Assembly (NCBI GenBank): GCA_947464275.1
Contig: CANHVU010000013.1
Coordinates: forward strand, 22,219 to 86,218
Source: Bacteroidota bacterium
GTDB lineage: Bacteria; Bacteroidota; Bacteroidia; UKL13-3
Direction of reading: 5' to 3'
DNA: 64,000 bases
The notes beneath the pieces were generated by a model, which made no database searches, was not told the DNA's origin, and worked only from the letters and a program-made list of their open reading frames with translations. Made by a program: the position numbers and the translations under genes. Of this stretch, positions 28,281 to 38,616 are shown one piece after another; position 1 is the stretch's first letter, and the number at the start of each line of letters is the position of its first letter.

Positions 28281-31200
28281 ATGAAAAATACTTATAAGAC
28301 ACTTATTTTTTCTCTACTTGCCTATTGCATTTTGCCCATTGCCTATTGCTTATTATCAGTTAATTCATCAGCTCAAGAAGCTAGTCCAGTTAATGGACCA
28401 CGCAATATAAAACCCAATTATTATGCATTTACCAATGCCACTATTTTTGTAGATGGAAGTAAAAAATTAACCAACGCAACATTAATAGTAAAAGATGGTA
28501 TAATTGAAAATGTAGGTAACGGAATTACCATTCCCACTGAGGCTAAAGTAATTGATTTAAAAGGCAAATATGTTTACCCTTCGTTTATTGATTTGTATAG
28601 TAATTATGGTATAAACTATACCAATACCGCCAAAGGAAACGAACAATACAAAACCAACAGAAAAGGTGCTTATGCTTGGAACGATGCTATAAAAGCCGAG
28701 TTAAATTCAGTAGATTATTTTAGCTACGATGAAAAAAAATCGAGCCAATTAATGGAAAGTGGCTTTGGCATGACACTTTCGGGTATAAACGATGGCATTA
28801 GTCGCGGAACTGCTGCTTTGGTTTTAACTGGGAATAATAACGAAAACGAATTGGTAATTTTACCAAAAGCCGCAGCAGGATTGAGTTTAAACAAAGGTAG
28901 TTCTGTGCAAGATTATCCAAACTCGTTAATGGGAAGCATTGCTTTATTGCGTCAAACCTATTACGATGCCAAATGGTATAAAACGCAAAATACAGAGAAA
29001 AATTTAACACTTGAAGCATTTAACAATGCCTTGGCTTTACCAACTATTTTTGAGGTGCACGATAAACTATCAATTATGCGTGCGCACAAAATTGCCAAAG
29101 AGTTTAACACCAATTATATTGTAAAAGGTGCAGGCGATGAATACCAACGATTAGCGGATATAAAAGCTACCAACAGCAGTTTAATTATTCCAATTAATTT
29201 TCCAAAACCTTACGAAGTAGAAGATGTATTTGATGCAACTTATGTAAGCACTGCTGACATGAAACATTGGGAGTTAGCACCTGCCAATGCCAATTTTTTA
29301 GCCGAAGCCAATATTAACTTTGCCATTACCAGTTACGGTTGTGCCGATGCAAACGAATTTTTAAAAAACCTACGCAAAGCAGTGCAATATGGCTTAAGCG
29401 AAACAGCCGCTTTAAATGCTTTAACTAAAATTCCTGCACAATTAATCAATGCAAACGCATTGGCTGGAAGCCTTGAAAAAAATAAGTTGGCTAACTTTTT
29501 TATCAGTAATAAATCCATTTTTGAAAAAGATGCAATTATTACAGAACATTGGGTAAAAGGTAAAAAAACAGAGATAAATACTTTGCCTGAAAACGATTTA
29601 AGAGGCAAATACCAAGTAAGTTTAAAAGGATTTAATAATTACATTTTAAAAATAGATGGCGATGCATATAAACCCAACTTTACACTAATAGGAACCGATA
29701 CTTTAAAAGCCAATATTTCATTGCAAAGCAATATGATAAACATGGTTTTTAAAGCTGGTAAAAAATCGAACGAAAATATTCGCATTAATATTTGGGTAGA
29801 TAAAACTGAAAATATTAACGACACCAATAAAGTAAAAGTGCTGAACGGACAAGCCCAATTAGCCGATGGTAGTTTCACCAATTTCAGTGCTAGTTTTTTT
29901 GAAAACATAAAAACTGAAAGTAAAAAAACTGACTCTATTCCTGCTTTGAGTTTAGGCAATATTACTTATCCGTTTACTGATTACGGTTGGACAGTAAAAC
30001 CATTAGCTGAAACCATTATTTTTAAAAATGCTACTATTTGGAGCAATGAAAAAGAAGGTATTTTAACCGAAACTGATGTTGCTATTAGCAATGGTAAAAT
30101 TATAGCCGTTGGCAAAAACTTAAGCATTGCAAATGCCAAAATAGTAGATGCCACAGGCAAACATTTAACCAATGGCATTATAGATGAACACTCGCATATT
30201 GCAATTACTAGAGGTGTTAACGAATGCTCGCAAGCAGTAACTGCCGAAGTTCGCATTGGAGATGTGGTTTATAGTGAAGACATTAATATTTACCGTCAAT
30301 TGGCTGGTGGTGTTACTTCTGCCCAACTTTTGCATGGTTCGTGTAACCCAATTGGAGGACAAAGTGCCTTGATAAAATTACGTTGGGGAGCTGCTCCTGA
30401 AAGCATGAAAATAGAAGGTGCTGATGGATTTATAAAATTTGCTTTGGGCGAAAATGTAAAACAAAGTAATTGGGGAATTGAAACCAATCGTTATCCGCAA
30501 ACCCGCATGGGCGTTGAGCAAGTGCTGTACGATGAGTTTATTAGAGCCAGAGCTTATGAGAAAAAATTGAAAGAAAATCCAAACATTACCCGCAAAGATT
30601 TAGAGCTAGATGCCATTATTGAAATATTGAATAAAAAACGATTTATAAGCTGCCACAGTTACGTGCAAAGCGAAATAAATATGTTGATGCATGTAGCAGA
30701 TAGCATGGGCTTTAAAGTAAATACATTTACCCACATTTTAGAAGGTTATAAAGTAGCCGATAAAATGAAATTACATGGCGTAAGCGCTAGTACTTTTGCC
30801 GATTGGTGGGCTTATAAATATGAAGTAATTGATGCCATTCCTCACAATGCGGCCATTATGCAAAAAATGGGTTTAAATGTAGCCATTAATAGCGATGATG
30901 CCGAAATGGGTCGTAGGTTAAACCAAGAAGCCGCAAAAATTATTAAATATGGAAACATCAGTGAAGAAAATGCATGGAAAATGGTGACTTTAAATCCAGC
31001 CAAAATGCTTCATTTAGATAATAAACTAGGAAGTATTAAAGTAGGAAAAGATGCCGATTTAGTGCTTTGGACCAATAATCCATTAAGCATTTATGCAAAA
31101 CCCGAAATGACTTTTGTGGATGGAGTTTGTTATTATAGCATTGCTCAAGATGAAGTATTGCGTGCCAATATTCAAGCGGAACGCCAACGTTTAATCAATA

Positions 31201-31283
31201 AAATGATAGTAGCCAAACAAGCAGGCGAAAAAACAGAACATAAAGTGAGCTTTATTGACGAAAACTACCACTGCGAAGACTAA
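28281..31283 (+). CDS. Secreted amidohydrolase-family protein (two metal-dependent hydrolase domains)
   Basis: I place the start at ATG 28281 (MKNTYKTLIFSLLAYCIL signal peptide). The amidohydrolase HxH signature is GIIDEHSHIAITRG, and the C-terminal part is also amidohydrolase-like. Confidence 0.7.
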   Translation: MKNTYKTLIFSLLAYCILPIAYCLLSVNSSAQEASPVNGPRNIKPNYYAFTNATIFVDGSKKLTNATLIVKDGIIENVGNGITIPTEAKVIDLKGKYVYPSFIDLYSNYGINYTNTAKGNEQYKTNRKGAYAWNDAIKAELNSVDYFSYDEKKSSQLMESGFGMTLSGINDGISRGTAALVLTGNNNENELVILPKAAAGLSLNKGSSVQDYPNSLMGSIALLRQTYYDAKWYKTQNTEKNLTLEAFNNALALPTIFEVHDKLSIMRAHKIAKEFNTNYIVKGAGDEYQRLADIKATNSSLIIPINFPKPYEVEDVFDATYVSTADMKHWELAPANANFLAEANINFAITSYGCADANEFLKNLRKAVQYGLSETAALNALTKIPAQLINANALAGSLEKNKLANFFISNKSIFEKDAIITEHWVKGKKTEINTLPENDLRGKYQVSLKGFNNYILKIDGDAYKPNFTLIGTDTLKANISLQSNMINMVFKAGKKSNENIRINIWVDKTENINDTNKVKVLNGQAQLADGSFTNFSASFFENIKTESKKTDSIPALSLGNITYPFTDYGWTVKPLAETIIFKNATIWSNEKEGILTETDVAISNGKIIAVGKNLSIANAKIVDATGKHLTNGIIDEHSHIAITRGVNECSQAVTAEVRIGDVVYSEDINIYRQLAGGVTSAQLLHGSCNPIGGQSALIKLRWGAAPESMKIEGADGFIKFALGENVKQSNWGIETNRYPQTRMGVEQVLYDEFIRARAYEKKLKENPNITRKDLELDAIIEILNKKRFISCHSYVQSEINMLMHVADSMGFKVNTFTHILEGYKVADKMKLHGVSASTFADWWAYKYEVIDAIPHNAAIMQKMGLNVAINSDDAEMGRRLNQEAAKIIKYGNISEENAWKMVTLNPAKMLHLDNKLGSIKVGKDADLVLWTNNPLSIYAKPEMTFVDGVCYYSIAQDEVLRANIQAERQRLINKMIVAKQAGEKTEHKVSFIDENYHCED

Positions 31284-31509
31284 ATAAGTAGAGATACTTT
31301 TTAATATAAATAATAAAATTCTCTATTTAGTAAATGGAATAAATTTAGTAATAACTGAATTGACTTTTATGGTAAAGTTATAAATTATTATTCAATAGGT
31401 TTGTAGAAACTAAAGATGCATTTTATAAAGTGCTTTGTTGGTCATCAATAGATAATAAAGCAAATTCAAAACCTATTTTGAAAAAATTACCTATAGTTTA
31501 AGGGATTAA

Positions 31510-31549
31510 AAAAAAGCCAGTTTCAATATTTGAAACTGGCTTTTTTTTA
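31510..31549. terminator. Bidirectional rho-independent terminator between convergent genes
   Basis: AAAAAAGCCAGTTTCAA-tatt-TGAAACTGGCTTTTTTTT is a perfect stem with an A-run on one side and a T-run on the other. Confidence 0.8.
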
Positions 31550-31557
31550 AATTTTAA

Positions 31558-32028
31558 CTATTTAGCTTTTAAACTTTTTTGAATATCAACTAAAATTACC
31601 GACATATCCGATTCGTTTTTATAACCCACTTCTAGTTTGGTTTTATGCGATTTTGGATTGATAAAAACCGTAGTAGGGTAACCGCTAATGCTGTTATTGC
31701 TAATAGCAGCAGCAAGTCCTGGTCCATCATAAGTTTTTCCGTTGTATGTATATTTTACACCTTCTACTTCGGGGTTAAACTTAACCGATACATATTTGTC
31801 ATTCAAGACACTTGAAATACTGCTTTTAGCATAAGTATCTTTGTCCATGCGTTTACACCAGCCACACCATTCGGTATATACATCAACTAGCATAATTTTG
31901 TTTTTCTTTTTGGCTAAGGCATAACCTTCGTTAAAGCCCATCCATTTTACTTCTTCGTTTTTAGGTTTAAAAGCATATAAGCCTAAAATAGTGATAAATA
32001 CACTTAATATTACTGCAATTTTTTTCAT
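31558..32028 (-). CDS. Thioredoxin-fold protein (CxxC: WCGWC), exported
   Basis: Start at ATG 32028 (MKKIAVILSVFITILGLYA). The CGWC redox motif is present. Confidence 0.7.
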   Translation of the reverse strand: MKKIAVILSVFITILGLYAFKPKNEEVKWMGFNEGYALAKKKNKIMLVDVYTEWCGWCKRMDKDTYAKSSISSVLNDKYVSVKFNPEVEGVKYTYNGKTYDGPGLAAAISNNSISGYPTTVFINPKSHKTKLEVGYKNESDMSVILVDIQKSLKAK

Positions 32029-32105
32029 TTTTATTTTTTTAAAACTCAAAAATACAAAAACCATACCTAAAATTTTTCTAAATTTATTTAGAAAAGTAAG
32101 CCGGC

Positions 32106-33365
32106 TTACGCTTTGGCTAAATCGCCCATTGAAACAAACGCTGATTCCTTGTAAACACCAGCATCCAATTTTTCTTTTATTACCGAAAATGCTGCGATGG
32201 TTTCTTCTACATCGGCCAAGGTATGGGCAGCAGTTGGAATCAAGCGTAAAATAATCATTCCTTTAGGAATAACTGGGTAAACTACTATTGAGCAGAATAT
32301 ATTATAAACTTCTCTTAACTCATGCGTAATGGCTGTAGCTTCAGGAATAGTTCCATTTAAAACAACTGGTGTAACGGGTGTAGTTGTTACACCAATATTA
32401 AATCCTTTGGCTTTTAAGGCACCTTGTAAAGCATTTACAATATTCCAAAGTTTTGCTTTGTTTTCAGGAAAATCGCGTAATAACGAAAGGCGTTTTAAAG
32501 CACCTATAACCATTGGCATTGGTAAACTTTTTGCAAATATTTGTGAGCGGATATTGTAACGTAAATGTTTAATAACTAATTTTTCACCAGCTATAAAGCC
32601 ACCAATACCAGCCATACTTTTAGCAAAAGTGCCAAAATAAACATCTATAGCATCCATAACATCTTGCTCTTCGCCCACACCTGCGCCAGTTTTACCCATG
32701 GTGCCAAAACCATGCGCATCGTCTACAAATAAGCGGAAGCTGTATTTTTTCTTTAACTCGGCTATGGCTTTAATATTTCCTTGCGCACCTGTCATTCCAA
32801 ATACACCTTCGGTAATTACTAAAATAGATCCACCAGTTTCGGCTACCAAACGTTCTGCACGTTTTAACTGGGTTTCTAGGCTTTCCATATTATTATGAGT
32901 AAATACAAAACGTTTGCCCATGTGTAAGCGAACACCATCTATAATACATGCATGACTTTCGGCATCATATACAATCACATCGTGTCTATCAACCAAGCAA
33001 TCAATGGCCGAAACCATTCCTTGGTATCCAAAATTTAATAAAATAGCATCTGGTTTGCTTACAAATGCAGCTAATTCTTGCTCTAATTGTTCGTGGTAAG
33101 TACTGTTTCCACTCATCATGCGCGCACCCATTGGATAGGCTAAGCCGTATTGCGCAGTAACTTCGGCATCTGTTTTTCTAACTTCTGGATGATTAGCTAA
33201 ACCTAAATAATTATTTAAACTCCAGTTTAACTTTTCTTTTCCTCTAAACATCATTCGTGGGCCAATTTCGCCTTCTAATTTAGGGAACATATAGTAACCA
33301 TAACTGTCGTCTCCGTGCATTCCTAGAGGACCTGGTTTGCTTTTTAGCTTTTCAAATAAATCCAT
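32106..33365 (-). CDS. PLP-dependent alpha-oxoamine synthase family enzyme (Kbl/BioF/serine palmitoyltransferase-like)
   Basis: 419 aa. NNYLGLANHP is identical to the E. coli Kbl motif. IIDGVRL is present, and the PLP-lysine lies in GTFAKS. No tdh or bio genes are adjacent. Confidence 0.7.
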   Translation of the reverse strand: MDLFEKLKSKPGPLGMHGDDSYGYYMFPKLEGEIGPRMMFRGKEKLNWSLNNYLGLANHPEVRKTDAEVTAQYGLAYPMGARMMSGNSTYHEQLEQELAAFVSKPDAILLNFGYQGMVSAIDCLVDRHDVIVYDAESHACIIDGVRLHMGKRFVFTHNNMESLETQLKRAERLVAETGGSILVITEGVFGMTGAQGNIKAIAELKKKYSFRLFVDDAHGFGTMGKTGAGVGEEQDVMDAIDVYFGTFAKSMAGIGGFIAGEKLVIKHLRYNIRSQIFAKSLPMPMVIGALKRLSLLRDFPENKAKLWNIVNALQGALKAKGFNIGVTTTPVTPVVLNGTIPEATAITHELREVYNIFCSIVVYPVIPKGMIILRLIPTAAHTLADVEETIAAFSVIKEKLDAGVYKESAFVSMGDLAKA

Positions 33366-33451
33366 GTTATTAAATTTTGTAATAATTATTTACAGGCAAA
33401 TGTAAGCTATATGTACTAAAAATAAATAGCTGATAAATGTTTGGAGAAATA

Positions 33452-34372
33452 TCAAAAGTTGAAGTTGTCCAACATTTCTTGTAAATTTTCATCTATGTTC
33501 TTTGTAGCATCAAGCCAATGGAGATTTTTTTGTTCGCGTTCCATTTTTCTGAACCAAGTCATTTGGCGTTTGGCATATTGGTGTATAGCTGTTTCTAATT
33601 TTAAAAACATTTCATCAAACGAAATTTCGTTCAACAGATACTTTGAAATATATTGGTATTCAAGTCCTAAAAATTGCAGTCGTTCGTGGCTAATTCCGGT
33701 TTGCAGCAATTGCTGCACTTCTTCAATCATGCCATTTTCAAGTCGGTATTTTAACCTTGCTGATATTTTGTTTCTACGTAGTTCTGTTGGTAAATCTAAA
33801 GCGAAAATAATTGGGTTTAAATCAACAAATGGCACTTTAGGAATATTGGTGTTGTTCAAATATTCAGCTATTTCTATTGCCCTAACCAAACGTTTATGAC
33901 TGCTTAAATCGGCTTTTTCAGGTTTAGTTGTATAACTATTTAATTTTTTACTCAGTTCTTCCCTACTCCAGTTTTCAATTTTGCTCCTTAAGTCAACATT
34001 ATTAGGAATGGCAGCTAACTCTAATTTTTTTAAAACAGCATCTAAATACAAACCTGTTCCACCACAAATAATAGGTAGTTGCTGTTGGCTTTCAATGGTT
34101 TTAAATGCATCAAAAAAATGGGTTATAAAATTATATAAATGAAAATGCGTATCAACCTCAGCCTCATCAATTAAATAATAAGGGATTTTTTTTTCATTTA
34201 CCTCATATTCAAACAAATCCTTTCCTGTTCCAATATTTAAATTTTTATATACTTGCCTGGAATCGGCACTGATTATGGCTCCATTTAATGCTACAGCTAA
34301 CCTAACAGCCAAAGCTGTTTTGCCACTAGCAGTTGGGCCAGTTATAATAATGGAGTTGTAAGATTGATTCAA
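33452..34372 (-). CDS. miaA: tRNA dimethylallyltransferase
   Basis: P-loop IIITGPTASGKTALAVRLA, with MiaA length and architecture. Confidence 0.9.
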   Translation of the reverse strand: MNQSYNSIIITGPTASGKTALAVRLAVALNGAIISADSRQVYKNLNIGTGKDLFEYEVNEKKIPYYLIDEAEVDTHFHLYNFITHFFDAFKTIESQQQLPIICGGTGLYLDAVLKKLELAAIPNNVDLRSKIENWSREELSKKLNSYTTKPEKADLSSHKRLVRAIEIAEYLNNTNIPKVPFVDLNPIIFALDLPTELRRNKISARLKYRLENGMIEEVQQLLQTGISHERLQFLGLEYQYISKYLLNEISFDEMFLKLETAIHQYAKRQMTWFRKMEREQKNLHWLDATKNIDENLQEMLDNFNF

Positions 34373-34497
34373 TTTTCTAGCAAAATAGTAACAACAAAGT
34401 TACAAACTTTAAAAATACTTTAAAACCTGCTAAAGTTTATACCTTCAAATAAAACATTATTACTATTTTCGCCCGCACTTTAGTAAACCATAAAAGT

Positions 34498-36516
34498 ATG
34501 TTACAATATAACCGTAAAAATTATAGCAACGAAGTTTTAATTGATTTATACAAAACCATTTTAAAACCCCGAATGATTGAAGAAAAAATGTTGATTTTAC
34601 TTCGTCAGGGAAAAGTGAGCAAATGGTTTAGTGGAATTGGCCAAGAAGCTATAAGTGTGGGCTGCGTTAAAGCACTTCATAACGATGAGTATATTTTACC
34701 TTTGCATCGCAATTTAGGAGTATTTACTGGTCGTAACATGCCTTTTAATAAATTATTTAGCCAATGGCAAGGAAAAGCAAACGGTTTTAGTAAAGGCCGC
34801 GAGCGTTCTTTTCATTTTGGAACCAATGAATACCATATTGTTGGAATGATTTCGCACCTTGGTGCCATGCTTGGTGTGGCCGATGGTATTGCGCTAGCAA
34901 ATAAATTACAAAAAGAAAAAAAAGTAACGGTAGTTTTTAGTGGCGATGGTGGCGCGAGTGAAGGCGATTTTCACGAAGCTTTAAATACTGCTGCGGTTTG
35001 GAGTTTGCCTGTAATATTTTTAATTGAAAACAATGGTTACGGACTTTCTACACCAAGCAATGAACAATTTAAATTTAAAAGTTTTGTTGATAAAGGTATT
35101 GGTTACGGAATGGAAGCCTACCGAATTGATGGTAACAACATTTTAGAAGTGTACGATACCATTAGCGGTTTGGCTGAATCTATCAGAAAAAATCCTCGTC
35201 CAATATTGTTAGAATGTATTACTTTTAGAATGCGCGGACACGAAGAAGCTTCGGGAGTAAAATATGTTCCACAAGAATTATTTGAAATTTGGGGTAAAAA
35301 AGATCCTGTAGTTAATTACGAGCGTTATTTATTAGAACAACAAGTTTTAACTTACGATTTAATAAACAAAATAAGAGCGGAAATAAAATCGGAAATAGAT
35401 TTAGGTGTAGAAGAAGTACTAAATGAGCCTGAAGTTACCGTAAACACAGCTACTGAACTAGCCGATGTATATAAACCAATTGAACTACCTGCTAGCAGTA
35501 ATTTTGAAAATTTACAACACGTAGTTACACCACCTGCTAGTCAAAACAAATCAAAAAAACGTTTGGTAGATGCCATTAGCGATGGTTTACGCCAAAGCAT
35601 GGAAAAGCACGATAACTTGGTGTTAATGGGTCAAGACATAGCCGATTATGGTGGTGTTTTTAAAATTACACAAGGTTTTGTAGAGCAATTTGGTAAAGAC
35701 CGTGTAAGAAATACGCCTCTATGCGAAAGTGCTATTTTAGGTGCTGGATATGGCTTAGCCATTAAGAAAATGAAGGCAATGGTAGAAATGCAATTTGCCG
35801 ATTTTGTGAGTGTTGGGTTTAATCAAATTGTAAATAATTTAGCTAAAAGTTACTACCGTTGGGGGCAACAAGCCGATGTGGTAGTTAGAATGCCAACAGG
35901 CGCTGGAATGGGCGCAGGACCTTTCCACTCGCAAAGTAACGAAGCATGGTTTTTCCATGTTCCAGGTTTAAAAATTGTTTATCCTTCTACTCCAAGCGAT
36001 GCCAAAGGATTATTAACTGCTGCCATTAACGACCCAAATCCGGTGCTGTTTTTTGAGCATAAAAATTTATACCGAAATGTAGAATTAGAAGAAGAAGTTT
36101 TTGACGATTACTACATGATGGAAATTGGACCAGCCAGAATAGCTCGTGAAGGTGAAGAAGTTTCAATTATAACTTATGGTGCTGGCGTTCATTGGGCATT
36201 AAAACATTGCGCTGAAAATAATATTGATGCAGATATCATTGACCTAAGAACTTTATTACCTTGGGATAAAGCTGCGGTAGAAAAAAGTGTGAAGAAAACA
36301 GGAAAAGCAATCGTATTGCACGAAGATACTTTAACAGGTGGAATTGGTGCTGAAATTGCTGCACATATAGCGCAATATTGTTTCCAATATTTAGATGCAC
36401 CAGTTGTAAGAACAGGCAGTTTAGATACTCCCGTTCCTTTCAACGTAGAATTAGAGCAAAACTTTTTACCTAAAGAACGTTTTAAAACCGATTTAGATAA
36501 TTTGTTAAACTTTTAA
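34498..36516 (+). CDS. Fused alpha/beta 2-oxoacid dehydrogenase E1 component (TPP-dependent)
   Basis: 672 aa. The N-terminal half is E1-alpha with TPP motif GDGGASEGDFHEALN. The C-terminal half is E1-beta (transketolase-like pyrimidine and C-terminal domains). Confidence 0.85.
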   Translation: MLQYNRKNYSNEVLIDLYKTILKPRMIEEKMLILLRQGKVSKWFSGIGQEAISVGCVKALHNDEYILPLHRNLGVFTGRNMPFNKLFSQWQGKANGFSKGRERSFHFGTNEYHIVGMISHLGAMLGVADGIALANKLQKEKKVTVVFSGDGGASEGDFHEALNTAAVWSLPVIFLIENNGYGLSTPSNEQFKFKSFVDKGIGYGMEAYRIDGNNILEVYDTISGLAESIRKNPRPILLECITFRMRGHEEASGVKYVPQELFEIWGKKDPVVNYERYLLEQQVLTYDLINKIRAEIKSEIDLGVEEVLNEPEVTVNTATELADVYKPIELPASSNFENLQHVVTPPASQNKSKKRLVDAISDGLRQSMEKHDNLVLMGQDIADYGGVFKITQGFVEQFGKDRVRNTPLCESAILGAGYGLAIKKMKAMVEMQFADFVSVGFNQIVNNLAKSYYRWGQQADVVVRMPTGAGMGAGPFHSQSNEAWFFHVPGLKIVYPSTPSDAKGLLTAAINDPNPVLFFEHKNLYRNVELEEEVFDDYYMMEIGPARIAREGEEVSIITYGAGVHWALKHCAENNIDADIIDLRTLLPWDKAAVEKSVKKTGKAIVLHEDTLTGGIGAEIAAHIAQYCFQYLDAPVVRTGSLDTPVPFNVELEQNFLPKERFKTDLDNLLNF

Positions 36517-36527
36517 CAAAAAATATT

Positions 36528-37379
36528 TTGATGAAAGAAATAAAAACTATAGCCATAGCAGGTGCAGGAACTATGGGCGCAGGCATAGCGCAAGTTACTG
36601 CCAATGCTGGTTTCAAAACTATTTTGTTTGATATAAACCAATCCGTTTTAGACAAGGCTAAACAAAGCATTGATAAAGGTTTACAGTTTTTGGTTGAAAA
36701 AAATAAACTTACTGCTGAAAAGAAAGAAGCGACCTTAGCATTGTTAATTTTTACCAACGATATAAACCAAGTTATTGCCGATTTAATTATTGAAGCAGTT
36801 ATTGAACGCCTTGATATTAAACACGATTTTTTTAATAAAGTAGCGGCCATAAATGCTCCTGATTGTGTTTTGGCAAGTAATACTTCTTCAATTCCTATTA
36901 CTCAAATTGCGGCTAAAATTCCTAACCCAGAAAGGGTAATTGGAATTCATTTTTTCAACCCCGCTCCTATTATGAAATTGGTTGAAATAATTATTGGTGC
37001 GCAAAGCAATAAACAAGTTGCATTGCATTGCAAAGCATTAATTGAAAGTATGGGCAAAACATGCGTAATAGCTGCCGATGCTCCAGGTTTTATAGTAAAC
37101 AGAGTGGCGAGGCATTATTATGTAGAAGGTTTAAAAATTTTGGAAGAGCAAGTAGCTCAATTGGAAGATATTGATGCTTTATTAGAAAGTTCTGGCTTTA
37201 AAATGGGTCCATTTAAATTAATGGATTTAATTGGAGTTGACACCAATTTATCGGTTACTACTTCTATGTACAATTTATTTAACCAAGATAGTAAGTTCAG
37301 ACCAAATAGAATACAACAACAAAAAGTAGATGCAGGGCTACACGGCCGCAAAACAGGCAAAGGATTTTACGAATACTAG
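36528..37379 (+). CDS. 3-hydroxyacyl-CoA / 3-hydroxybutyryl-CoA dehydrogenase
   Basis: Rossmann motif IAIAGAGTMGAGIAQV. The length matches the Hbd/PaaH family at 283 aa. Confidence 0.85.
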   Translation: MMKEIKTIAIAGAGTMGAGIAQVTANAGFKTILFDINQSVLDKAKQSIDKGLQFLVEKNKLTAEKKEATLALLIFTNDINQVIADLIIEAVIERLDIKHDFFNKVAAINAPDCVLASNTSSIPITQIAAKIPNPERVIGIHFFNPAPIMKLVEIIIGAQSNKQVALHCKALIESMGKTCVIAADAPGFIVNRVARHYYVEGLKILEEQVAQLEDIDALLESSGFKMGPFKLMDLIGVDTNLSVTTSMYNLFNQDSKFRPNRIQQQKVDAGLHGRKTGKGFYEY

Positions 37380-37432
37380 AAATAGGAAGTCGCTTTAATT
37401 GGAATTTTAAACCCGACCATAGTCGATTTAAA

Positions 37433-37870
37433 TTACTTTTTCTTTTTCCCAAAGTCTTTTGGACCGAAACCTTGTTCAGCTAGAGCTTGCCAATATTCTT
37501 TCCCATAAGCCACAAAAATTTCATCACCTGGAATAAAATTACGACTTGCTATGATATAAACTCTGCCACGTATTATTTCAAAACGAGCATTGTTTTTAAG
37601 TCCACTGATTTTGGTAAATCCATTGGCATCATTGCAATATCTGGCCAAACTATCTAAGTGATGTTGTGCATCAATACATTTCTTTTCACTAATATAAAAA
37701 TAGTATGCACCTACACCTTCTTTAATTTCGTTGTTTCTGCGCTCACACTCCTTCCAAGTAATTACATCCCCAGTATATTCAATAATTCTTTCACCACGCT
37801 TAATTTTCGCATCGGTAAACAATCCTTTTCCTGCACCTTTAAGTGTGCTTTCAGCTACATATAATGCCAT
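37433..37870 (-). CDS. SET-domain protein (putative lysine N-methyltransferase)
   Basis: 145 aa with SET-domain features: RYCNDANGF, and a C-terminal NFIPGDEIFVAYGKEYW (ELxxxYG-like). Confidence 0.65.
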   Translation of the reverse strand: MALYVAESTLKGAGKGLFTDAKIKRGERIIEYTGDVITWKECERRNNEIKEGVGAYYFYISEKKCIDAQHHLDSLARYCNDANGFTKISGLKNNARFEIIRGRVYIIASRNFIPGDEIFVAYGKEYWQALAEQGFGPKDFGKKKK

Positions 37871-37893
37871 CTAATTAAAAATTTAAGCTAATA

Positions 37894-38553
37894 CTAAATT
37901 CCAGCTACTGCTCTATCTTGCTTACCTATTATCATTCTAAAATGATCATCAAGTACATTTAAACTGTTTTCAAAATGCTCATTGTTATTTACTATGATAT
38001 CAGCTTGAGGCATAAATGGAAGTAAAAATTTTTGATAGGCAGGCATTACATGATTTTTCCATTGGTAGTGAATATAATCAGTTGGAATATTGCGTTCAGC
38101 CGAATCTCGCTTAAGCCTTCTATTCAGTGCTATGGATTCATCGGCTTGAATAAATATTTTTAAATCAAATTGTTTTCTAATTGCCTCCGAGTAAAAAATA
38201 AAAAGCCCTTCGCATACTATTATGGGCGCTGGTTTAAATGTTAAAAGTGGCCCTACCTGATTTTCATGTTGAAATAAATACTCATTACGAAAAATTGTTT
38301 CATTATTATGTAATTTTTCTAAATCTTTTGCAAATGCATTCAAATCTATGCATTCAGGAAGATCAAAATTAATATTACCTTCTTCGTCTAATATATGCTC
38401 ATATGCCAATTTATAATAATTATCTTGGCTTATAACACATAACTCGTCAGTGCTAAATAATTTTTTTAGTGAATTTAAAAAATGGGTTTTACCCATGGCA
38501 CTTCCACCTGTTATACCAACTAAATAAGGTTTTTGAACTTGCATAATCGGCAT
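37894..38553 (-). CDS. udk: Uridine kinase
   Basis: P-loop VGITGGSAMGKTHF, with Udk length and PRK-family architecture. Confidence 0.85.
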   Translation of the reverse strand: MPIMQVQKPYLVGITGGSAMGKTHFLNSLKKLFSTDELCVISQDNYYKLAYEHILDEEGNINFDLPECIDLNAFAKDLEKLHNNETIFRNEYLFQHENQVGPLLTFKPAPIIVCEGLFIFYSEAIRKQFDLKIFIQADESIALNRRLKRDSAERNIPTDYIHYQWKNHVMPAYQKFLLPFMPQADIIVNNNEHFENSLNVLDDHFRMIIGKQDRAVAGI

Positions 38554-38616
38554 GCAAAATAGGTTTTATTGAGGAGTAATTAAAACCTATTTTAAATATG
38601 TTCAATTGATTTTTGT

